DNA from: Eledone cirrhosa
Taxonomy: Eukaryota
DNA: 64,000 bases
Direction: 5' to 3'
Assembly: GCA_964016885.1 (NCBI GenBank)
Contig: OZ024741.1
Location: 356,686,001-356,750,000 of the forward strand
In this document: in pieces, positions 8,601-21,198 of the stretch
How the letters are laid out: each line of letters starts with the position of its first letter
How positions within the stretch are numbered: position 1 is the first letter of the stretch
Position numbers and translations under genes: made by a program
The notes under the pieces: generated by a model
Databases searched by the model: none
Told to the model about the DNA's origin: nothing
The model's input: only the letters and a program-made list of their open reading frames with translations

Positions 8601-11600
8601 TCTAAAAATGTTGCATTATAATTTTATGTTACAACCTTTGTTAAGTTATGCTCCAAACACCAGGTTATTCTGTATACTAGAGTATATTAAACAAGAAAAA
8701 AAATCACCCGTTTATATTTACTTGGGTCATAGGTTAGAGTAAAACTATTTTGTTAGTTAAATCTAGGTAAATAGGTAAAGACAGAGAAATTAGATAAACC
8801 ACACAACCAGCAACAAACATTTTAAGGCTATTTTCCCTTCTAAAGCAGGAGTTAGTTTGTGGGTCCAATAGCAAGCTTCAGCCATATCATGGGGTCCTTT
8901 TTAAGGTAATGTTTTAATGTTCAATGATCTTCATGACACCAACCCTTATTGGACACACACAAATAAAAGAAATAAACAGAATAAATGAAGGAAATATAAT
9001 GTCTGACATTACAATTAAATTTAAAGAATAATTTTCTTATATATAATTAAATCATGTATCATCATCTGAATGATAAATGTTGATTACCTGGGTTAGGGTA
9101 GGTTGGTGTACTCTCAAACAAAAGAGTAGTTCCTCCATTACTTAGTGGACCATACACAACATAGCTATGTCCAGTTATCCAACCAATGTCAGCAACACAG
9201 CCAAATATATCATTGTTTTGGTAATCAAAAACATGCTTAAAATAGATATAATCAAATATCATTAACTCATTTAAATATATCATGCATTTGGTAATCAAAA
9301 ATATGGCATGCTATAAATTAGATATAACAAAAATATGATCCATTATTTTATGAACAGAACAAGTAATATTCTCTTTCACCATGTTTTTCACGCACATAAC
9401 ACACACACATACATACACACTCATATATATATATAATATATATGATAATAATGGTTTCTAGTATAGGCACAAGGCCAGCAATTTGGGGGGAGGGTAAAAT
9501 CGATTAAATTGACCCCAGTGCGTGACTGGTACTTTATTTTATCGACCCCGTAAGGATGAAAGGCAAAGTTAACCTCGGCGGGATTTGAACACAGATCATA
9601 AAGGGCCGTAACTCTATGCTGCGAAGCATGGTGTCCGATGCTCTACCGATACTGCCACTCTGGAGAACCTACAGTAACTGGACATAACAATCCCTATATA
9701 TAAATATAAATCATATATACGTAGCCAATCTCTCAGACTTTTATGAAGTGCTGAGATGATAAAGTTAATATAAAGAATGGAATGCTCATGCACAGAGATG
9801 CTATAAAATAGCTTATAAAATAGGGTGAAAACCCTTAGAGATGGAAAAGAAAGTTGCCATTGACCACTACAAGGAATCAAACCTTTTTCAATCTGAGCAC
9901 ACCACTCTTTTGGAACATAGAATAGAATTTCTACTCATACCTTTCCTGCACACTGAGCAAAGCAATTTCCATGAAGGGAGCAAGACCCTGTTTTCCTTTC
10001 TACTTACTAGGACTTTAGTCTTTGCCATGTTGACTTGTATCTATCTCTATATATATATATATATCATCATCATCATCTTCCTCATCATTTAATGTCCTCT
10101 TTCCCTGCTAGCAAGGTTGGATAGATCAACATAGATCAAGTCAGTACTGAAGCAGGGTCACTGACATCCCAGATAGGCCGAAGAGGTCTGTATCCTGCTT
10201 AAGTATGGTCATTATTTAGAGAAACAGAATGTGATAAAAACTATAAGGCAAATTTTAGCAAATATATTTTGACATATAAGTTTTAAAAAATAGAAATAAA
10301 ATGGATGATTTTTCAATTTACAATTATTTCTACCATATCACTAGAGCCACAACTCAACAACATATTCTAAGATATTTTAGTAAAGCTTCTATTTCTCCAG
10401 TCAACTAGGTTAGGTTGTTTCTACTTTCTTAACCCTTTGGATACCAAACTACCTAAAGCACCACTACTTCTATGATACAGAATTGTTTATTTTAAAGTTT
10501 TTGTATTTATCTAAAGCCCTTTCATCATAATTTTATACAAGAACATCTGTTAAGCTATGTTCCAAACATAACAGTTTCAAACAATTTCATATCAAAAGAG
10601 CTAAAAGTTTATTCTGAAAATTGTGCTTACTTTGTGAGTAACACTTGTGTATAGTAAGTAACCAGCTTGAGTATGAACAATTCCTTTTGGACTACCAGTA
10701 CTTCCAGATGTATATAACATAAATAATGGATCCTCACTATCCATTTCCTGGGGTTTACAATATGATTTGGTAACTTCACTGAGGGCCTGTAATGTTCAAA
10801 AAAGAAAAACAATTATTTATGTGTCATTATTATATTATTATTATTACTTTTTTTAAATTTTACAACTGACAACACCTATGATGGTCATTATACATGACCA
10901 ATCTGATAGTCATCAAAATCTGGAGATCATCATCATCATCATCACCACCACCACCACCACCGTCATCATCATCATCATTTAACGTCTGTTTCCCTTCTAC
11001 CAAGGTTTCGACAAGTCTTCACAGACTGAGTCAGTACTCAAGCAGAGCTACAGACTTCTCAGATGGACTAGGGCCTACATCTCATGAATGTTCCTGTGCT
11101 CTGCTGAGTGCATTTTATTGTGGCACCTGTACTAGGCAGGTTGTCATGTCTTAGAGACAACCAAAGAGTTCTCCCAACATTTTGTTTGGCAAGCTTTCTA
11201 TGGCTGGATTTCTTTCCTATTACCAACTACACTTTACAGATTGTACTGAGTGCATTTATCATGTAGATCACAAACACTAAGGATGCTGCCTTGTCTATGG
11301 CACAACTGATGTGTTCTTTAGACCCTTTGTTTGTTAAGCTTTCTATGGCTGGATCCCTATTAGGTATCTATCAGTTAAAATAGAATGAAAGTATGAAACA
11401 AATTTTTTTTTTTTTCCTAGAGGTTTCAGTGTCATACTGCTCTGGCTTCGAAATAACTAAAAGGAAAGAAAGGATAAATAAAGAAAAAATTCCAAATATT
11501 AAATTACCTTTTCAAGAGGAATATCAATTTTTCCCATTGGCACATCTCCACCAGTACGTTTATAAACAAAGACTTGCTTTACACTTGGACATTTTGATAC

Positions 11601-14600
11601 AGCTTTATCAACAATTTTCTTTAAATTTAAGATTTTCCCACCTCTAATCCCTTGGTCAGCAGTAATCACTGTACTAATTTGAGCTGTAAACACAAAAGGT
11701 AAACAAATATTTAAATTTGTAATTACAATCTTAATTGTTCGTCTTTAAACAAACTTCAAATAATTATTGTAATCAATTGACCCTTTTGTAATATTTATAA
11801 TGAAATACACTATATTTGAATTAGTTAAGGAAGAATTTTGAAGGATTTATTAAAATTATTATTTCAATATTAAGATGGCATTTGTAACATAACTTAATGT
11901 AAAGTTATTATATAAAACTAGCAAAAAAACCACCCTTCGGGTGGTTTTTCTGCTAGCCTGTGTAGTGTGTATATTGATATTATACGCAAGTATATATACA
12001 TGTAGATATGATCAAATAAAATCGTAATTGACAATATACACAGAAAATGCGTATGTTTATTTAAGCAATTGCCACCGGAAGTGTTGACATCACACACTCT
12101 CTCTTTCTATATATATGGTAGTTGAAGTGGTAGTGGTGGCAACGATATACCGGAAGTGCAACTTTGAAAAGAAGTCAATTTTAAATTATTTATTTTTACG
12201 AAATTTAGTAGGTAAATTATGTATTATTCATTCATTATTTATTCAAAGTAATCCAACTTATTTTACAAACGGGATAAAAAAAAATAAACCGTCCCACAGA
12301 CCTTCCTTTATTATAGTTTAGATTATGTTGGGTAATTTTAATTTAAGCAGGAATCCTTTAAAATTGGTGATTTGGTATCAAAAGGCTGAAACAGAAAAAT
12401 CACCCTCATACATTTTTGCTTATATTATAGTCATGATTGTTCTTCTTTAAACAAATTTCAGATAATTATTGTAATTAATTAACCATTTTGTGACTATATT
12501 TCTAATTAAACACACTGCTTATGTGTGCTTGATTTTTAAAATAATTGTTTCTACTTTTGGCACAAGGCAAGCAATTATCCCAGTACATTACTGGTACTTT
12601 ATTTTATCGACCCTGTAAGGATGAAAGGCAAAGTTAACCTCGACAGGATTTGAACTCAAACTGTAAAGAGCCATAACTCTATGCTGCAAAGCATGGCATC
12701 TGACCCTCTACCGATTCTGCCAATCCCTTGCCCTTGATTTTTAAAATAATGAAAAATTGTTAGGAATTTTGTAAAGTAATTAACTTTTTCATTTTTAAGC
12801 TGAGGTTTAAGCAAAAGTTCTTACATAAAATTGTGACGGAAAGTTTAAATTTAGATATAAACAATTTAAAACAGATGGTTATGTATCATAGAACCAGAGG
12901 TGGTTCAGGCAGTTTTGCATCAGGTGGGTTTATGTTGTTCTGTTTTAAGTGTAATATTTTGATAATCAAAAAATAAATCTAACTAACCATCTTGAATCCT
13001 CCCTGCTAAGGCTCCATCACTGAAGCCTGCAAAAACGACACAGTGAATTGCACCAATTCGTGCACAAGCTAACATAGCAGCAACAGCAACAGGACACTTA
13101 GGCATATAGATAGCAACTCTATCTCCTTTACTAACATTATGTTGAAGAAGCATGTTACCCATCCGGTTAACCATATCATACAGCTCTCTGGAAGAAAAAA
13201 AATTTTTTTTAATAATGTCCAGATTACACACTAGTCAATAACTACTTGCAAAAGATGGTGTCTGCACTTACATGAAATATCATCTCACCCAGAGGCGTAA
13301 CTAGGGTATAAAAGAGTGTAACGTGCCCTGGGTACCACATGAAGGAGGTGCCACTTGAACTAGGAGCACGTTCTATTAAAGTCAAATAAGCCTCGTTGGA
13401 GAGTGAAATAGAAACTCCTTCAGATATATGATCTGTCTCTGATTATCATGGGTGAGAACACTATGGTGGCTGGATCATTAACCCTTTAACATTTACTACT
13501 CTATATTTACTATTATATTTTCATGGTAAACACTTTATCTCACATAATATCGAATCTATGAGATTTTGATATTATTTATTTTGAGAACAACATCTTAACA
13601 TCAGTATGAGTGGCCGGTTGTGCTGGGCAGGGGCGCAATTTCACTGCTTGCCATAGGCTCTATTTTCCCTAGTTAAGCCCCTGATCTCACCACCACATAC
13701 CTTTCTCCTCTAAATATTCAGAATAAGCATAACATGTACCCAATGCACTCTATAGTATGCAGGAATGTATGTAAGTGAGAAGTGGGCCTCTGGCTCACCT
13801 GAGAGGTCAAAAGCTCCCATTGAGTATTGAGTTAGTCTACAATGAGCCTTCCAACCCTTGCTAGCAAGGAAAACCAATGTAAAATGATGAGGGTGATGAT
13901 TATAGTGATGATGATGATGATGATGACGATGATAAAAGCTGCTCAGGATGAAAGACCCTCTCTTCCACTAAAGTCATTGTAGTCACTAACATTCCTGAAT
14001 TTCTTTACCTACCAACAGCTATTCACTTACTACATATCCAGAGGAGGAGGGGGGGGGGAGAAGAAGAAGAAGAAGAAGAAGAAGTGTCAATATCGAAGAG
14101 GTGGGAGCACTAAGAAAAGTTGAAAGTTGAGTACAAAGTTGAGTACTGTGGGTGAGTAAGGTATCATCAATCTGGGATATGTGGTATGGCAGGAGCTATT
14201 GGTAAGTAAAGAAATTCAGGAATGGTAATGACTACAATGACTTTAGAGTAATGGAGGAGAGGGTCTTTCATCCGGAGCAACTTTTATCATCGTCATCATC
14301 AACAGTTTCTCTTTTCTTTCAATTTGCAGCCAGACTTACTGCCACTCCTCAACCAAGTTAATTCTGTAAGAAGCACCCTTTCCAATAAAGCCACCAGACT
14401 TGCTATCCACTCTGCTTCCACTTCCATTCTACACATACAATAAACACTTCCCAAAACCATTTGCATTACAATCTGCAATCATGCTTTCTTCATCCCAACA
14501 AAACAACTGATCCTGATTGCATTCATTCTATCACCATCAAATAATAAACTCCTAAATTCTTCAACTTTTCCATCTGTACAGATATTTATTACCCAGACAC

Positions 14601-17600
14601 AACCAACAGGCTGTCTCCTCTCCAGTAAAGGGAAACTTCCTAACTGCCAACTACTGACATATTGCAAGTGTACTTGATGTGCATGAATGGTTAAAAGTAA
14701 ATGGGCCTCCATTGGTTTCAACAGTTCAATCAATAGAACAGCCTGCTTGTGAAATTAAAATACAAGTGACTAAACATTCACAGATACATGTACTCTTGAA
14801 GATTTCTGAGATTTCAAGTGAGGGCCGTCTTATATGTGACACTTTGAATTACAGGTACAGTCCATCTGTCAGGCTTCCAAATACATTCTGTCCTCCCAAT
14901 TCCACTTGTGAAACCTAAGTTGATCTGATGCTATGGTAAACGAGGCTTGCTCACAATGCCAAGCAGTGGAATCAAACCCAGAGATTTATAATTGCAAATA
15001 CAATTTTTTAACCCTTTAATGTTCAAACCGGCCAAAACTGGCCAGAATTCTCTACCTTTTTCTGTTGAAACTGGCTGTAACTGGTCACTCAAACTGATGT
15101 TAAGGTATTGTTCTCAAAATAAATACTTTCAAAATCTCATAGATTCGATATTATGTGAGATAAGTATGTTAAAGCCTTTACCATGAAAATATAATAGTAT
15201 ATATAGAGTAATGTGAATGCTAAAGGGTTAATGAAATAAACCTAAATAATATAAATTTGAATGAAATGAAAATATACAGACAGAAGACCCGACTTCCCAA
15301 GGGTACAAGCCGGAGCTGAAGCATATAGACAATATTCCCCCACCCCTCCCACTGTGGTGTCACGACAAAAAAGCACCCAGCCCACGCTATAACATGGTCG
15401 TGTAGGCACCACGGTAAAAAAGCAGCCAATACTCACTGTAAATGAGGTTGGTGATAGGAAGGGCATCCAGCTGTAGAAATCAAACCAAAATCAGTTCCCG
15501 TATGAGCAAGACAAGGTCACCCGACTTGGCACTGCCCACAAAAGGACATCTAACCCATGCTAGCATGGGAGAATGGACGTAAAACGGTGATGATGATGTT
15601 TAAACTTACTGATAGGTAATAATTTCATGTTGACCTGGTTCATCTTTCTCCCAAATAAGAGCAATCTTTTTTGGATTTGTTTTAACATGCCGGTCAACAC
15701 AGTTTACTAATAAAGAAATAAGACAGAAAAAAATGAAAGAAAAATATAATAAAAAGGAAAATGAAATTTAGGAGAATGTTAAATGTCAAATGTGTTAGTT
15801 GAGTATTGTTACAATGATATATACAGTATTTGCTGGTGCTGAAGACGTCTCGTCCTTGAGGATGCATCCTAATTTTGACAACCAAAAATTTGAAAAAAAA
15901 AAATATTTGGCCTCCAGGACGCATGGTAGATTTTTGAGACTTATTTTTAAAAAAAGTAGCGTCTTCGATGCCGGGAAATACGGTATTTTTAATTTAGGTG
16001 AATAAATATCTTCAAGATGAATCTGTAGGAATGCTAAAGAATTATCAAAAGCATCCATCCTTTTCATCATCGCCATTTAACATCTATTTTTTATGTTTGC
16101 ATGGGTTAGACAGGTTGTCATGTACTGAAGCTTGATTTATTAGGTGACTACACCTTATTCATGTGTTCAATTTTCAATTTGGCTTCTATGGTTGGATGCC
16201 CTTCCTAATGCCAACCACTTTACTGCATGTACTGGGAGCATTTTATAATGACACCAGCACTATTACACCTTACGGTGTGACTGGGTACTTTTAATGTGGC
16301 ACCAACATTACCACTTTACAGTGTGGGTTAAGTGCATTTTATCTAGGCACCAGCACTACCACCTTACAGTGCAGACTGTACCAATAATCTTTCTTTAGAA
16401 AAGGAAGAGCAGTGCCTATGATCCTTTTCAGATCTTTAATGATTGTTGTAGGAAGAGAAGAAGTTATCCTCACAAGGGAGACTTAGCCGTAATGCAAATA
16501 ATAGAGTGCTCCATCATTCATGCACACTCACTTTATACATCCAGTGGAGTATTTTTGTTTAATGTGTTTCAAGCAGTTACAAATCTTCTGCATTCATGGC
16601 TCATGTCTTACTACAATGCAGCATAGCTATTCAAAATACAAGCATCATACAATCTACCCTTCACTCTGAGAGAGAAACCCTTTGTTGCCAGCAGAGGTAA
16701 CAATTCCAACTACTTCCATCCTGTTCTAACTCTAGCTACAACACTTTCAGTACATCCACCTCCACTGCTAATGAGGTTATCTAGACCAGCCATGTCATAC
16801 ATGCAGCCCTTTACAAGCACACCTGTGGCCCACGCAAAGGTTTTTACACCACAAGCATATTTTATCTTCAAAATATAAAATTAAAAAAATTAGTTGTAAG
16901 GTGCCCAATTAGTTGTCGTGTGTGACCCTCAGGCAACACATATGTGACCCATGTGGCCCTCGGGGAACCCTCAGTTTGACAAGCCTGATCTAGATAGCAA
17001 AAGCTATCCACTACTTCAAGTGAACCTTCTGAACATTTGAGGGGTCTTATTCACGAGTAACCTTTCTGTTAACTACTCTTGTGCACCTCTCACATACAAA
17101 GTTTACCTTCCCTGTCAGTCTGCCTATGATATTGTGTTTGTTTTGTATTGATAACATGATTTTATTTTCAAATGTTTTATTTTAGCTGTATCATATTATT
17201 GCTCTATACCTGATATTTTTCACTGCTACTAAGCTCTCTTACACAAAACATATATTTCCATTATAATTAAGAAAATATGTGAATATGTATTATATATATA
17301 TAAAAAAGAAAATTTCGCTCTACATGGCTGAATACAATAAATGTAATCTGAGTTTTTCGAATATTAATAATAACATTCGATTTGTTTGCAATTATGCAAA
17401 CAAGCCTCAATTGTATAGCCATGTCAGTAGAATGAACACTGCTCATGTGCAGATCTGACTGATCAGCCAGTCTGCTAATATGCAAATCAGGCCGATCAGT
17501 CACTGTGTATTTTTGAAAATAGCATCTGGAATGAGGTGGCAGGAAGGTCATACTATAGTCACCCATATTGTAAACCAAGTAATATAAAATGGTGTCATAC

Positions 17601-19792
17601 CCAATGACTGGTGTAGCAGCATCATCATGAACTGCTACAAGGGCAAAGAAGATGCTCTAGAGGCATTAAGTTGGTTGACCAGGCTATGAAGGTCACAAAA
17701 ACAGTTATAGCACAGCTGATTAGGGAACGAGTTAACCTAGATGAGAAGCAGTTTGGATTTGTGCCAGGTAAAAGTACCGCAGATGCCTTCTTCCTTGTTG
17801 GGCAACTGCAGGAGAAGTACCTAGCTAAAGGTAAACTCCGTTACTTGGTTTTTGTTGACCTGGAGAAAGCCTTTGACGGAGTCCTCCATTCCATTATCTG
17901 GTGGGCTCTCAGAAAACTAGGAGTAGACAAGTGGCTTGCAAAGGCAGTACAAGTCATGTATAGAGAAACCGTCAGCAAGGTCAGAATTAACAATGACTAT
18001 AGCAAAGAATTTAGCATGCAGGTTGGGGTCCATCAGGGCTTAGTTCATAGCCTCTCCTGTTTATTGTCATCCTGCAGGCTATAACAGAGGGGGTTAAGAC
18101 TGGCTGCACATGGGAACTCCTGTATGCAGATGACCTAACCCTTATAGCTAATTCTATGGCTGAATTAGAGCAGAAATTCCAAACCTGGAAGGTGTTAAAG
18201 TCAACTTGGCAAAGACTAAAGTTGGAGTAAGTAGAAAGGAAAACAGCCCAGATTACGGGTCAGTGCACAGATGCAGTAAGTAGCAAGAGCTTTCAGGATA
18301 CAATCTCCTTCAAATACTCAGAAGGATCTGTAGAAGTAGTACATAGTTTCTCTTACTTGGGTGACCAAATTAACAGTGACAGAGGGTGTTCCAAAAGCAC
18401 AGTAACCAGAGTGAGAATGGGTTGGAGAACATTCAGGGAGTTACTACAGCTGCTAACAGCAAAAGTGTTTTCCCTCTAAATGAAAGGTAGATTGTATGAT
18501 GCATGTACATGAACAACAATGTTGCATGGTAGCAAGATGTGAGCACTGCAGGCAGAGCACTTGCAAATATTGGAAAGAAATTAAGCTTCCATGCTTTAAT
18601 GGATGTGCAATACATGAACCTCAAAGTATAAATGAACTGCATGAGAAATTAGGCATAAAAGAGATCAGATGCAGTGTGCAGGAGAGGAGATTGTGTTGTT
18701 ATGGACATGTTGAATATGAAGGATGACAGCTGTATAAAAAGGTGCTGAGTGCTCAAAAGTTAATGGAAGCTATGGATTGGGCAGGCCCAGGAAGACTTGG
18801 GATGAGGTGATAAAAGCTGACCTTGCACAATTGCACCTCTCAAAGGCGATGACACAGGACAGTGATCTCTGGTGCCATGCAGTAATACAAAAGACTCACC
18901 TTTCCATATGCAAGAGCTGAGGCATGCATCTAGTATGAACCACCTTCCCTCCCAAACACCTCCCACATTGTAATCACCCCACCCTTATATCTACCTCCCC
19001 AATTCCCCAAGCAACCCCCCATACTAGTCCCCAATCCACACTATAAAGCAACCATCCTGGAGCTACGACAGTAAACGCCCTATAAAGTGGCCATATAGGT
19101 ATCACAAAAAAAAGCACCCAGTACTCATTGTAAATGTGGTTGGCATTAGAAAGGGCATCCAGCCGTAGAAACCAAGCCAAAATCAGTTCTGTGTGAGCAA
19201 AACACAGTCCTCTGATATAGCTGTCACACAACGAGGCAACTCGTCTAACCCATGCTAGCATGGGAAATGGATATTAAACGATGACGATGATGATGATAAT
19301 GTGAGAAGGCAACATAAATTAAAACTGAGATGAAAAATAAATGAAAAACCATGAAATGAAAAATAAATAATACTGCGATGAAAACTATGAAGTGAAAAAT
19401 AAATAAAAACTATGAGATGAAAAATAAATGAAAAGTATGTGAAAAACAAAGTAAAACTTACCAGAAACATTCAATTTGCCACCAATAAACCAGTTAATTT
19501 CACCCTTCTTAAAATCACATTTCTGAACTCTATCAAATTCTTTATGCCATAACAGACGACTTATAGCCAGCTTTGACCAGAACAAAGTAGGGTTTCTAAT
19601 GCTAAACTTGTATAAATCTTCATGGTCGTTAATACCTGGTTGACCAACAAACTCTGGCAAAGGACTAGTGCTGTTAAGAGGTTTTCCCTGTGTGTTTCTT
19701 GTGTAATTTAAGGTAGTAATAATTCTATATTGTTTAGGAATCAAAAACTGTTGCCTTATAGGCCAGAAAGTTAATTTTAGTATAGAAGCCAT
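5574..19792 (-). CDS. ACSS1: Acetyl-CoA synthetase, mitochondrial type (ACSS1-like); coding exons 1-8, gene continues left of the window
   Basis: Eight GT-AG exons join in phase. Motifs [65 protein letters not shown]. Basic N-terminus without acidic residues, like a transit peptide. Confidence 0.92.
6984..7121 (-). CDS. ACSS1: ACSS1 exon 7 ([12 protein letters not shown]...APTALRLL...SSLRVLGS)
   Basis: aag| ... |gtaagt; 138 nt, phase 1-1. Confidence 0.92.
9088..9235 (-). CDS. ACSS1: ACSS1 exon 6 (HVFDYQ...[19 protein letters not shown]...PTYPNP)
   Basis: aag| ... |gtaatc; 148 nt, phase 0-1. Confidence 0.92.
9447..9660 (-). mobile_element. tRNA-derived SINE
   Basis: Reverse strand shows A box TGGCAGTATCGG, B box GTTCAAATCC, central GCCTTTCATCCTTACGGGGTCGATAAAAT and an (ATT)n tail. 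Confidence 0.8.
10631..10786 (-). CDS. ACSS1: ACSS1 exon 5 (AMP-binding loop [15 protein letters not shown])
   Basis: cag| ... |gtaagc; 156 nt, phase 0-0. Confidence 0.95.
11508..11683 (-). CDS. ACSS1: ACSS1 exon 4 ([21 protein letters not shown]...)
   Basis: cag| ... |gtaatt; 176 nt, phase 1-0. Confidence 0.92.
11918..12322 (-). mobile_element. Non-autonomous Helitron nested in a piggyBac-like MITE
   Basis: Minus strand starts TC, ends CTAG and sits between A and T. Subterminal hairpin aaaccacc-cttcgg-gtggttt; no TSD. Confidence 0.75.
12546..12732 (-). mobile_element. tRNA-derived SINE with 18-bp TSD
   Basis: cttgatttttaaaataat at 12528-12545 and 12733-12750; same family as 9447. Confidence 0.85.
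12988..13187 (-). CDS. ACSS1: ACSS1 exon 3 (ELYDMVNR...GDRVAIYMP...[17 protein letters not shown])
   Basis: cag| ... |gttagt; 200 nt, phase 2-1. Confidence 0.95.
13290..13683. mobile_element. hAT-type MITE with 8-bp TSD
   Basis: TIRs cagaggcgtaactaggg / ccctagttaagcccctg; TSD atctcacc at 13282-13289 and 13684-13691. Carries an internal fragment of a piggyBac-like MITE. Confidence 0.85.
13920..14300. repeat. Long imperfect inverted repeat (arms about 13920-14042 and 14171-14300)
   Basis: gatgataaaagctgctcaggatgaaagaccctctc... mirrored by ...gagagggtctttcatccggagcaacttttatcatc. Confidence 0.85.
15007..15230. mobile_element. piggyBac-like MITE (TTAA-CCCTTT...AAAGGG-TTAA)
   Basis: TTAA flanks and CCC/GGG termini. 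Relatives at about 40962-41168 and 47661-47873; a second family at about 30317-30552 and 44567-44833. Confidence 0.7.
15610..15706 (-). CDS. ACSS1: ACSS1 exon 2 ([25 protein letters not shown]...)
   Basis: tag| ... |gtaagt; 97 nt, phase 1-2. Confidence 0.93.
15824..15983. mobile_element. Tc1/pogo-type MITE
   Basis: TA-flanked imperfect TIRs cagtatttgctggtgctgaagacg / cgtcttcgatgccgggaaatacgg. Confidence 0.65.
16065..17130 (-). mobile_element. Decayed RTE 3' portion interrupted by a hAT MITE
   Basis: Reverse strand reads [32 protein letters not shown], plus the RTE 3' UTR and a GAT tail. Confidence 0.75.
16787..16987. mobile_element. hAT/Charlie-like MITE nested in RTE
   Basis: TIRs cagccatgtca / tgacaagcctg; 8-bp TSD atctagac / atctagat (NTCTAGAN type). 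Confidence 0.75.
17521..19300 (+). mobile_element. Degenerate 5'-truncated RTE copy of the same family
   Basis: [19 protein letters not shown] with frameshifts; the PHD segment is largely deleted near 18250; 3' UTR and (GAT)n tail. Confidence 0.9.
19462..19792 (-). CDS. ACSS1: ACSS1 first coding exon (transit peptide to [12 protein letters not shown])
   Basis: ATG at 19792; donor G|gtaagt. A pyrimidine tract and TAG end 4 nt upstream of the ATG, implying a further upstream exon. Confidence 0.88.
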
Positions 19793-19970
19793 TACACTAT
19801 AAAGTTATTGGGAAGTAAATAGTAAATAGAAGATGACACTGAATAAGTCAACTACATTTAGATGAACTACCTATGCATGAATGATTGCAATATCATATAT
19901 TGAGGGAGGTTTTATAGTGGGAAAGAATTTAACTATTGTATTTTGAGTAAAGTAGTTCATCCAGTTCAGC

Positions 19971-19976
<6 letters not shown>

Positions 19977-20013
<37 letters not shown>

Positions 20014-20070
20014 GATATATATGTGTGTGTGGGTGTGTGTGTGTGTATGTGTATATATATATATATGTAG
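19977..20070. repeat. (GT)n/(TA)n microsatellite
   Basis: Visible dinucleotide runs. Confidence 0.9.
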
Positions 20071-20416
20071 TCACTGCCACTTTTCTACACTCTAACCACC
20101 AGTATTGAGTGCTCTTTCAGTTAATGTTTTTGAATGTTTTAAATACAATGGTATATTAAAATAATATTCTAATGGATGTATGTATATATATATATAAAAC
20201 AGAGTGTTGTATATATATGTATATATAAATATTATATATATATATATATGTGTTCTACATATATCTATATATATAACTGTAAAAATTGTTTCCTGTGTTT
20301 TGTTTGTTTCATTTATTAACTATATAGACTCACAGACACACATAGGTATTAATATTGGGTATAAAAATACCAAGAAACGTTTAGTGATGGGTGACTGAAT
20401 ACAAGCAGTAGAATCT

Positions 20417-20481
20417 TGTGTGTGTGCGTGCGCGTGTGCGTGTGCGTGTGCGTGCGTGCGTGCGTGCTTGCGTGCGTGTGT
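20417..20481. repeat. (GT)n/(GCGT)n alternating purine-pyrimidine microsatellite
   Basis: tgtgtgtgcgtgcgcgtgtgcg... Confidence 0.9.
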
Positions 20482-20702
20482 ATTTTATTATCTATAAATT
20501 TAATATCAACAGAGCAGGGAATCATAAGTTACTTGTCTATAAGGTAAAACTACAGATCAAAGTCTGTGAGGTTACATTTTGATACATGAGGTTCTTTATA
20601 TTGTTGCCATAATGACTGAACAATCTTTAATGAAAAAGAAGAATCTGCTTTTTTTTTTTACAAATATATAATTTTATTTATAGTTGTATAAAAATAATAA
20701 TA

Positions 20703-20883
20703 TAATTGTTTCTACTTTTGGCACAAGGCCAGCAATTATCACAGTGTATTACTGGTACTTTATTTTAACGACTCCATAAGGATGAAAGGCAAAGTTAACC
20801 TCGGCGGGATTTGAACTGAGACCATAAAGGGTCGTAACTCTATGCTGCAAAGCATGGTGTCCGATCCTCTACCGATACTGCCA
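20703..20883 (-). mobile_element. tRNA-derived SINE
   Basis: Same family as 9447 and 12546. Confidence 0.8.
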
Positions 20884-21198
20884 AAATAACAGACATCCAT
20901 TTACTATTGAAGTTACGGCTCTTTATGTTCTGAGTTTCAAATCCTTCCAAGGACATCTTTACCTTTCATCCACCTGGGGAGGGGGGGGATAAAATAAAGT
21001 ATAGTGGCAGTTGGGACTTCCATTGTTCTTGGCCCTTGGAGCACATCCCTACTCACTACTATTGGAGCAGAGTTGGTTATCCACATGTGGCTATTCCAGC
21101 ACATCTCCCTCATCATCCTTTTGTACAATATCTTCTCCATCCTGTTCATGAGGTGGACTGACCCTTAAGTTTCAGTTATGGTGGATGCATGTAGAATA

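Noticed and set aside
11922-11952. Bacterial rho-independent terminator
   Set aside because: The hairpin is the subterminal structure of a TC...CTAG Helitron in an intron.
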